This document shows positions 31,624-38,786 of a DNA stretch of 38,786 nt, one piece after another. The stretch's first letter is position 1, and each line of letters begins with the position of its first letter. The stretch lies in the sequence record SRR31156797_1272; one strand, 5' to 3'. The translations under genes were made by a program, and so were the position numbers. A model generated the notes under the pieces. The model ran no database searches and was not told the DNA's origin. It saw only the letters and a list, made by a program, of their open reading frames with translations.

Positions 31624-31700
31624 AAAAAGGGATGCGCCAACATCCCTCTAAAATTTCTCTTACGAAAAGAGATTAAATCTAATGTAACATTACAAATGTA
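31622..31700 (-). ncRNA. Candidate cis-antisense sRNA unit in the fecR-susC leader (promoter -7 box plus terminator)
   Basis: Minus-strand TACATTTG (TAnnTTTG consensus) at 31693-31700. Hairpin AGGGATG-cgccaa-CATCCCT with A7 on +, i.e. a minus-strand terminator. Confidence 0.5.
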
Positions 31701-34700
31701 TGAAAAAGTATTATTTATCGCCACCTCATTTAGGTCGGGGCTGGAAAAGAATTTTTCTAATTATGAAAATGACTTTGTTTTTAGTCGTTATTTTTTGTCA
31801 ACAGGCTTTTGCACGACAGGCTTATTCTCAGATGGATAAGATATCGTTAAAAGTAACAAACTTAAGTATGGTAGAGGTGTTTGAACTCATAGAACAGCAA
31901 ACTACCAAATCGTTTATGTATAAGGATGATGATGTTGTTACCCATCAGAGTCTAAATATAGATATTCAGGATCAGCTTCTTGATGATGTACTGCAACTGT
32001 TACTTAATGATGTTGGTTTAGAATATGAAATAAAGGAAGATTTAATTCTGATTAAACCTTATAATAGTAGTAATAATCAGCAACAAGAAATTACGGTTAA
32101 AGGAAAAGTTCTAGATTATAAAGGAGAACCTATTGTGGGAGCTAATGTTATCCTATTACCCTATAATAAAGGAACTGTTACAGACACTAATGGTGAGTTT
32201 TTACTAAAAGTGAATAGTTCTACAGGAAAACTGAAGATTTCTTGTATTGGTTTCAAACACAAAGAAGTTGAATTTGTTATAAACCAAGAGCTTATTGTTG
32301 TTATGGAGGAGGAGATAGCAGGTTTGGATGAAGTTACGGTTGTAGCTTATGGTACCCAAAAATCGCAAGAAGTTACCGGATCTATTTCATCATTAAAAGG
32401 AGCAGAATTAAGAGATGTCCCAACTGCCAATGTTAATAATCTGTTACAAGGACGAGTTGCAGGAATGAGTGTGGTTAATAGTTCAGGATCGCCAGGAGGA
32501 GGAGGAACCTCTATTGTTATCAGGGGTTTTAATTCCTTGTCAGTAGAAGCAGAAAGGCGTGGTTCTGATCCTCTATGGGTTATTGATGGAGTGCCTGTTC
32601 AGTCTTTTACCTCTCCTGTTACGGGAACTAATGCCTTGGCTGATATCGATCCAAATGATATTGAATCCATTGAAGTACTAAAAGATGCATCGTCGGCTTC
32701 TATGTATGGATCAAGAGCTGCTAACGGGGTAATTTTAGTAACTACAAAAAAGGGTAAAGAAGAGTCTGCAAAGTTAAGTCTTAATTTTTCTCAATCTTTT
32801 GGCTTTAAACCTACTATGTTGGATGTTACAGGAGGTGTTGCAGAAAGACGTTATCATGTAGCTCAGCTAGAAGGCTTACGTACGGCATATCGCTACAAAA
32901 ATGATGAAGGGTATTATGAGTATAAAAATCCCGAAGGGTATATTGATTCATATAATAATTCTGCCCAATATGATTTGTGGTGGAATAAGGGATACGGACA
33001 CGATGATGTGGCTTTGCAGGATAGTTTAAATCCATTTTATAATAACTCTACCAATTGGTTTGATCTGTACATGCAGGCTTCACGCACTTCGGCTATAAAT
33101 TTAAGTGTTTCTGGAGGAAATAAGCAGATTAAATATAATTTAGGAATGGGGTATTACGATGAAACAGGCGTATTAGCCCGAACTAACTTTAATCGTGTTA
33201 ATATGTTGGCTAACTTTCAAATAAATCCGGTAAAAAATCTGGATATGGATTTAAGAATGTATGTAGCCAGAACAGACCGGGGAAGAGCTAATCAGAATGA
33301 TGCATTAGGTATTGAAATGATGACAACAGATCCATTTGAATTATCTACAACTCTGCCAGGGGTTAACTCTGCTGTGTATAATGAAGCAAAAAAATTAACA
33401 GAAGGTGTAAAAGATGATAATATAGGATATCGATTAAGAGGGAGCTATAATATTGCATACGAAATATTTAAGGGCTTGCGTTTATCTAGTTCTATTGCTT
33501 TAGATTATCAACAAGCCGAGAATTATTATTTTGGTCCATCTATTATTTATAGCGATCTAAGGTCAAGGGTAAGTAATGAGATTGATAAACGATCTATGAT
33601 GCTTAATGAAAATCTTTTAAGTTATAAATTTGAAATAGGAAGTAATCGTTTTGATGCCCTTCTGGGTTCTTCTTACCAGTATGATACGCGCATTTATATT
33701 GGGGGAGGCGCAAGAGGAGGATCTAGCGATCAAATACAGTGGGCGGTGAACTTTCCGGAACTGGTATATAATAATGATGTAGCTGAAGCCGGACAGGCTT
33801 TTAGCTCATATAAGATAGAAAAAGCATTATTAGGATATTTTGGTCGTATAAATTATGTATTAAATAATAAATACTTGGCATCCGTTACTTTACGTCGCGA
33901 TGGGAGTTCTACTTTTGGCGAAGATAATCAATGGGGGTATTTTCCATCAGGTTCTGTAGGTTGGATCCTTTCCCGTGAAGCATTTATGGGGAATATCTCA
34001 GCTATCGATTTTCTTAAATTTAGAGGAAGTTTTGGTAAAACAGGTTTGCATTTCTCTCAGCCTTACCTAGCTCTTGGAGTATTTAGTCCTTCTACCTTTT
34101 CATTTCTTGGACGATCAGCAGTAGAGCCAGAATGGGAAGAAGGGTTATATAACCCGCAATTAGCATGGGAGGAAACAGAACAGCTAGATCTCGGTTTTGA
34201 CTTACAAATGCTCAACAATAAGCTGGATGTAACCTTCGACTACTACCATAGGCATACTACAAATCTTTTATCTCAAATAGTATTGCCTTCAGCAGGTAAT
34301 TATACTGGTTATAAGACGCAATGGCAGAATGCTTATTCTATCTATAACCAGGGTGTAGAGTTGATGGTTAAAACAAATATTATAAATAAGCCCGACTTCT
34401 TCTGGGATCTTACCTTTAATATTGCTCGAAATTGGAATAAGTTTGGAGGAGGTGGTGATGGACGTGACTTTCTTAATGGATCCAACAACATTAATATTGT
34501 TGGGAAATCAATGAATCAGTTGTATCTATACCAACAAGATGGTTTCTATCAAACAGATGAAGAAGTACCTGTTTATGATTATATTAAGGAGGGATATTCC
34601 TATACCCAATATGGATCAGGGAATAAATACAATATCTATTCTGCAGGCGATCCTAAATATCTCGATTTAAATGGTGATGGAGAAATTACAGCAGAAGACA

Positions 34701-35242
34701 AAGTATATGCTGGTTCTCCTTTGCCTTTAGCCTATGGAGGTATTATAAATCAAATTACCTGGAAAAACTGGGATTTTAACTGTTTGTTCAATTATTCATT
34801 AGGAGCACACCTCTTAAATGCGGCGATAGGACAAGGGCTAAGTATTGATGTAAATACAGCTACAGGTGAAGCTCATACATTACACCCTGTATTGGTGGAT
34901 TTATCTCAATACAACTTTTGGAGTTATGCGGGAGATGATGCTGATGTAGCTAGAGTTCAGGCCGATGCAGGAAAGAAAGTGTATAGCATGTACACTTCTA
35001 ATATGGTTGAACAGGTTAATTATATTAAGCTTAAATCTATTGTTTTGGGTTATACCTTTAAAAAGATTACTAAAAAAAGTAATATGTCAGCAAGGGTATT
35101 TGCAAGTGGCGAAAACCTTTTTACTATAACAAATTATTCAGGAAGAGATCCGGAAGCAGTTGATCCGGTTACGGGTATTGATAGAGCTGATACCTATCCT
35201 TTAATCAGAAAAGTAACTGTTGGTTTCAGTTTAAATTTTTAG
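31700..35242 (+). CDS. susC: SusC/RagA TonB-dependent transporter with N-terminal signalling (STN) extension
   Basis: N-terminal extension. LDEVTVVAYG, LQGRVAG, DIESIEVLKDASSASMYGSRAANGVILVTTKKG, RRDGSSTFG, C-terminal F. Confidence 0.96.
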   Translation: MKKYYLSPPHLGRGWKRIFLIMKMTLFLVVIFCQQAFARQAYSQMDKISLKVTNLSMVEVFELIEQQTTKSFMYKDDDVVTHQSLNIDIQDQLLDDVLQLLLNDVGLEYEIKEDLILIKPYNSSNNQQQEITVKGKVLDYKGEPIVGANVILLPYNKGTVTDTNGEFLLKVNSSTGKLKISCIGFKHKEVEFVINQELIVVMEEEIAGLDEVTVVAYGTQKSQEVTGSISSLKGAELRDVPTANVNNLLQGRVAGMSVVNSSGSPGGGGTSIVIRGFNSLSVEAERRGSDPLWVIDGVPVQSFTSPVTGTNALADIDPNDIESIEVLKDASSASMYGSRAANGVILVTTKKGKEESAKLSLNFSQSFGFKPTMLDVTGGVAERRYHVAQLEGLRTAYRYKNDEGYYEYKNPEGYIDSYNNSAQYDLWWNKGYGHDDVALQDSLNPFYNNSTNWFDLYMQASRTSAINLSVSGGNKQIKYNLGMGYYDETGVLARTNFNRVNMLANFQINPVKNLDMDLRMYVARTDRGRANQNDALGIEMMTTDPFELSTTLPGVNSAVYNEAKKLTEGVKDDNIGYRLRGSYNIAYEIFKGLRLSSSIALDYQQAENYYFGPSIIYSDLRSRVSNEIDKRSMMLNENLLSYKFEIGSNRFDALLGSSYQYDTRIYIGGGARGGSSDQIQWAVNFPELVYNNDVAEAGQAFSSYKIEKALLGYFGRINYVLNNKYLASVTLRRDGSSTFGEDNQWGYFPSGSVGWILSREAFMGNISAIDFLKFRGSFGKTGLHFSQPYLALGVFSPSTFSFLGRSAVEPEWEEGLYNPQLAWEETEQLDLGFDLQMLNNKLDVTFDYYHRHTTNLLSQIVLPSAGNYTGYKTQWQNAYSIYNQGVELMVKTNIINKPDFFWDLTFNIARNWNKFGGGGDGRDFLNGSNNINIVGKSMNQLYLYQQDGFYQTDEEVPVYDYIKEGYSYTQYGSGNKYNIYSAGDPKYLDLNGDGEITAEDKVYAGSPLPLAYGGIINQITWKNWDFNCLFNYSLGAHLLNAAIGQGLSIDVNTATGEAHTLHPVLVDLSQYNFWSYAGDDADVARVQADAGKKVYSMYTSNMVEQVNYIKLKSIVLGYTFKKITKKSNMSARVFASGENLFTITNYSGRDPEAVDPVTGIDRADTYPLIRKVTVGFSLNF

Positions 35243-35250
35243 CAAAAGGT

Positions 35251-36744
35251 ATGAAGAAGTATATATTTATTTGTATAAGTGTTTTAGTATTAATGTCGTG
35301 TAACGATCTTTTAAATACAGAACCAGAGATTAATGTTAATGTAGATAATTTTTGGCAGAATGAAGGAGATGTAGAATCATTTAGTAATAATTTGCACATT
35401 CTATTTCGAAATTGTTACTCAAATATTCCATGGATTTTTGGGGAAACCAGGGCACGGTCAACTGATGCAATGACTAATTGGCTTTGGAAGGATTTTTTTG
35501 ATAATGATTTAACGAGTCCTTATGGTCAATTAAATTGGTCTGCTTATTTTAAAGTAGTGGCCAGTTGTAATATGCTGTTAGAGAACGTTCACAGAGCAGG
35601 TCTAAAGTCTGAAAGAGAAAAATATTATGTTGGGATGGCTAAATTTATGCGTGCATTTAGCTACTTTGCCATGTCACGCATTTGGGGAGAAGTTCCTTTA
35701 ATGCTTAAGTCAACCGATGTTGAGGCGAAAGCCAAAGCTGAAATTAACGAAATCATGGCCGTAATTATTGCTGATGCAGAAGAAGCAAGAATATTGCTTC
35801 CTCAATTTAGTGAACTTACCTGGGCTGACGGAACATCTGTTACCACAAAACAAATACCTTCAAAAGGAGCTGCGGATGCACTATTAGCTCATGTTTATGC
35901 TTGGTTTGGATCTTTAAATAATGATGAAGAAATGTTGCAGAAGGGTATTGAGGCTTGTACCAGGCTAATGGAAAATACCGAGTATGAACTGGCAGGTACC
36001 ATTGCCGATTTATGTGAAAACGTAATGTATGGAAATAGTTCAGAAGGTATTTTTGAAATTGAAGCAAGGTCTAATTCAGCAGATCAGCTTGGATCAACAG
36101 CTCTGATTGCAGGTTTAACTGCCGGATATCCAGTAATCCCTAAAAAAATGCCAGGAGATATTACGCATTGGAGTCTGCAAAATGTGATTATGGTTGAATC
36201 AGTTAAGGCTTTATATAATGATGTGAATGATGACAGACGTAAAGAGTATTTTTACGAATTAGATGAAATGGCAGAGTTGCCTGAGTCCAACGGACGTGCG
36301 TATTTATACAAATGGAGACATATTGTGTTAACCACCGATGGTAATGACGACTTTTTAACATTTGAAGACAACATAATTTTGTATCGTTTGGCTGATATTA
36401 TTTTATTGAGAGCAGAGCTATTCAACCGTCTTGGAAATGTAGAGGAAGCAATTGTTGATTTAAATGTGATAAGAAACCGAGCCAATGCGCAATACTATTC
36501 AGCTGAAGAAGGTGATTTAAAAGAAGTTATATTGCAAGAGAGATACAAGGAGCTTTATCTTGAGAATCATCGCTTTTTTGATTTGGTGCGGAATGATGAA
36601 TTACGTAATAAAGTGGAAACTTTTAGTGAAATTACCGATCAGGAAGTTGAGGAAGGTGCATACTATTGGCCTGTTTCCAGTTCTAACTTTGTTAAGAATC
36701 CTCATATGCGTCAAAATGCATATTGGAAAAAGCAAGGATTATAG
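35251..36744 (+). CDS. susD: SusD/RagB surface lipoprotein
   Basis: Lipobox LMSC. AKFMRAFSYF, WGEVPL, YRLADIILLRAE, ERYKELYLENHRFFDLVR, QNAYW. Confidence 0.95.
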   Translation: MKKYIFICISVLVLMSCNDLLNTEPEINVNVDNFWQNEGDVESFSNNLHILFRNCYSNIPWIFGETRARSTDAMTNWLWKDFFDNDLTSPYGQLNWSAYFKVVASCNMLLENVHRAGLKSEREKYYVGMAKFMRAFSYFAMSRIWGEVPLMLKSTDVEAKAKAEINEIMAVIIADAEEARILLPQFSELTWADGTSVTTKQIPSKGAADALLAHVYAWFGSLNNDEEMLQKGIEACTRLMENTEYELAGTIADLCENVMYGNSSEGIFEIEARSNSADQLGSTALIAGLTAGYPVIPKKMPGDITHWSLQNVIMVESVKALYNDVNDDRRKEYFYELDEMAELPESNGRAYLYKWRHIVLTTDGNDDFLTFEDNIILYRLADIILLRAELFNRLGNVEEAIVDLNVIRNRANAQYYSAEEGDLKEVILQERYKELYLENHRFFDLVRNDELRNKVETFSEITDQEVEEGAYYWPVSSSNFVKNPHMRQNAYWKKQGL

Positions 36745-37005
36745 TCCTTTGGGGAGTAATCTTTAAGTAAACTATCATTCCGAACAATGTATTTATTTTT
36801 ACCAGAGAATGATGTTTTTTGTAATGAATAATACTAATAAGTAGTGTACATGCTCTTTATAAAACAGAAAGCAGTAGGTATTGCTACATTAAATAATAAA
36901 GAAAATTCCCATAAAAACCATTGGGTTGATAAACTAAAAAGTTTCTGTCTTATGCAAAAGAAAAATGAAAGAAATTTGATTTGGGAATTAAGAAAAACTA
37001 AACAC

Positions 37006-37611
37006 ATGAAGAAACTGATATATTTATTTTGCCTGGTGATGCTCACCTGGGCATGCAAAGATGATTACTACCACGATACCGGTTTGTCCAAAGGAGATTT
37101 AGATATGACCATGTGGGAGTATTTTCAAACCAGTTCTTATAACTGGGATTCAACAATGCTGGTAATTGAAAGGGCTAATCTTAAATCATATTTTACAGGA
37201 GAAGAGATTAGTGAATCTATAACATTTTTAGGAATTACAAATCACTCTATTAGAAAGTTTATGCTTGATAATGGTTATGAGAAAGTAGAAGATATTCCAA
37301 CTGAAGCATGTGAAGAATATATGAAATCCTATATTATTTTAAAACCTTATTTATGGGATGAAATAGACTACGAGGTAAAAGGAACTACATCCAACGAAGG
37401 AGGTATATGGGTAACTAACTTAAATGGTGATCATTTACGATTATTTCGTAGAAAGTCCGATTATGGAACTGTTGCCGATGCTGGTCCGGTTAGCACCTTT
37501 GCTCAATCATTAACAGTAAACAAAACAGTACAGGCAGTATCGACTAATATTCGTACATCCACGGGTGTTGTTCATGCATTAAGTTATACACATTCATTCG
37601 GACCCTTTTAA
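37006..37611 (+). CDS. Lipoprotein with fasciclin-like fold
   Basis: Start moved from 36844 to ATG 37006 (MKKLIYLFCLVMLTWAC-KDD, lipobox plus acidic export signal). ITFLGITNHSI and TNIRTSTGVVHAL resemble the FAS1 H1/H2 motifs. Confidence 0.7.
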   Translation: MKKLIYLFCLVMLTWACKDDYYHDTGLSKGDLDMTMWEYFQTSSYNWDSTMLVIERANLKSYFTGEEISESITFLGITNHSIRKFMLDNGYEKVEDIPTEACEEYMKSYIILKPYLWDEIDYEVKGTTSNEGGIWVTNLNGDHLRLFRRKSDYGTVADAGPVSTFAQSLTVNKTVQAVSTNIRTSTGVVHALSYTHSFGPF

Positions 37612-37621
37612 AACAAAAAAT

Positions 37622-38050
37622 ATGAATTGGATTAAATATATATCTACGTTATTTATAGCACTTAGCCTGTTTTGTGCCTGTGATCAGGATAATGAAGTTG
37701 GGTATTTATTAGTTGATGGGGCAGGCTATAGTCCTGATTCGTTAAATGTTAGGATAGAGCTCGACCCAATACTCGATTCTAAACGTATGGCAAAGAAAGT
37801 ACCTTGGTTTTCTACCTCTATTCAAGGAGTTGAAGGAACATCTCCCTTAAGCTACTCCTTAGCAGATGTTTATTCTGAAGATGGAGATGTTCAAAGCATA
37901 ATTGATAATGTTGAATTTAAAGGAATTGGAGTTATTTATATTCCGTTCGAGAATTCAGTAAAAGAAGGTAGATATACGCTATCTGTTAAAATATCAAATG
38001 TATATGGCGAAAAAGTAATAAAAGACGCTTTTACGATTATAGTAGATTAA
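37622..38050 (+). CDS. Hypothetical lipoprotein, Ig-like
   Basis: Lipobox FCAC-DQD, beta-rich sequence, GRYTLSVKISNVYG. Starts 10 bp after the previous gene. Confidence 0.75.
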   Translation: MNWIKYISTLFIALSLFCACDQDNEVGYLLVDGAGYSPDSLNVRIELDPILDSKRMAKKVPWFSTSIQGVEGTSPLSYSLADVYSEDGDVQSIIDNVEFKGIGVIYIPFENSVKEGRYTLSVKISNVYGEKVIKDAFTIIVD

Positions 38051-38065
38051 AAACAAGATTTGATT

Positions 38066-38104
38066 AAAGGGGCTGCTTTTATTGAAATCGACAGCCCCTT
38101 TTTT
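38066..38104 (+). terminator. Terminator of the susCD locus
   Basis: AAAGGGGCTG…CAGCCCCTTT followed by Ts. Confidence 0.85.
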
Positions 38105-38241
38105 GTGAATCCGGGTTAAAGTTGGAGGCTAGATGCTTTGGTATTATTAAAACTAGTTTTAAACGAAGATGTTAAAACTAAGTATCCAAATAATACTCAC
38201 CAATTCTTGGGGAAGATTATAAAAAAGAAGTCAAATTTTGA

Positions 38242-38269
38242 TCACCCGTTTTTACTTACGGGGTGTCTT
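38242..38269 (+). promoter_or_regulatory. Candidate ECF promoter, repeat copy 1 (TCACCC-N16-TGTCTT)
   Basis: TCACCC gtttttacttacgggg TGTCTT matches the fecR upstream motif. Confidence 0.6.
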
Positions 38270-38274
38270 AGTGT

Positions 38275-38445
38275 AAAATAAGGATAATAAATAGCAGTGT
38301 GTAGTTTATTTATCCTGCGAATTACAATATTGAATTTCGTATTAATTTTTCCATTGTACCTATCTACTAGGATTGCAAATGGTTTAAGTTAATTATTGTG
38401 TAAACAGGAAAACCCGAAATGTAAACGTGCATTCCGGGTTTTATT
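38275..38445 (+). ncRNA. Candidate structured sRNA, copy 1 (~170 nt, ends approximate)
   Basis: Lies between the promoter motif and terminator AAAACCCG-A-AATGTA-aacg-TGCATT-C-CGGGTTTT (38409-38442). Three internal hairpins and no conserved ORF. Confidence 0.55.
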
Positions 38446-38501
38446 ATTAAACAGAGTTCGATTAAAATTTTGAGAATAGATTCAAAAAAATCAAATTTTA
38501 A

Positions 38502-38529
38502 TCACCCGTTTTTACTTTTTGGGTGTCTT
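38502..38529 (+). promoter_or_regulatory. Candidate ECF promoter, repeat copy 2 (TCACCC-N16-TGTCTT)
   Basis: TCACCC gtttttactttttggg TGTCTT. Confidence 0.6.
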
Positions 38530-38534
38530 AGTAT

Positions 38535-38710
38535 TAAATAAGGATAAAAAATAGCAGTGTATAGCTCATTTTTATACCTGCGAATTAAAATATTGATTTT
38601 TGTATTAATTTTTCCAGCAAACCTATCGCTTAGGAATGCAGATGGTTTAGGTTAATAATTGTGTAAACACGAAAACCCGAAATGTAAACGTACATTTTGG
38701 GTTTTTATTT
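38535..38710 (+). ncRNA. Candidate structured sRNA, copy 2 (~175 nt, ends approximate)
   Basis: Terminator AAAACCCGAAATGTA-aacg-TACATTTTGGGTTTT(T) at 38672-38706. Same hairpin layout as copy 1. Confidence 0.55.
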
Positions 38711-38786
38711 AACAATAGTACTTAATCCCTTAATATGCATTAGGAAATCTTCTATAACGCATCAAAATTACTTCAAAACAAGTCAC

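Larger units (their letters stand above)
38231..38706 (+). repeat. Two diverged direct repeats of ~215 bp (38231-38442 and 38491-38706), period 260 bp
   Basis: Hand alignment gives about 28 mismatches and 3 gap positions over ~215 nt. Confidence 0.95.

Noticed and set aside
30361-31700. Invertible (phase-variable) promoter at the susC locus
   Set aside because: No long flanking inverted repeats and no recombinase gene in the window.
36844-37005. 54-aa N-terminal extension given by the ORF track
   Set aside because: The lipoprotein signal peptide starts at ATG 37006. The extension is low-complexity AT-rich sequence.
1901-37058. Short 60-90 aa ORFs in the track overlapping long genes (e.g. 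1901-2089, 4698-4922, 16308-16550, 27059-27298, 32826-33035, 36252-36485)
   Set aside because: They are antisense or alternate-frame shadows of well-supported genes with no recognisable motifs.
38231-38710. Repeats as a CRISPR array, IS/MITE ends or type I toxin genes
   Set aside because: Units are ~215 bp with no short repeat/unique spacer pattern and no cas or transposase. No terminal inverted repeats or target duplications were seen, and there is no conserved hydrophobic small ORF on either strand.

Overview
AT-rich chromosomal window from a Bacteroidota member, most consistent with a marine Marinilabiliales-type organism (inference from T9SS C-terminal domains, SusC/SusD, TAnnTTTG promoters and hybrid kinases lacking an AraC domain). 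In order it holds: a GNAT, a GH97 lipoprotein, a large T9SS-secreted GH128-like enzyme, a RimJ-type GNAT, a 3-gene ECF operon (secreted protein, sigma, putative anti-sigma), a transglutaminase-like protein, a T9SS alginate-lyase-family/LamG protein, a PAS hybrid kinase, glycerate kinase, an unannotated 58-aa 8-Cys protein, an orphan MCP-like receptor, a beta-propeller hybrid kinase, a divergent GH15 and trehalose-6-P synthase/phosphatase pair, and an ECF-FecR-SusC-SusD-lipoprotein locus with no enzyme. The most interesting signal is non-coding. After the SusCD locus terminator there are two ~215-bp direct repeats 260 bp apart (about 85% identical by hand alignment), and possibly a third starting at the window edge. 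Each repeat has a TCACCC-N16-YGTCTT motif, also found upstream of fecR, followed by several conserved hairpins and an intrinsic terminator, with no conserved ORF. This looks like a tandem array of ECF-sigma-driven structured small RNAs. No mobile elements, CRISPR arrays, rRNAs or tRNAs were recognised.
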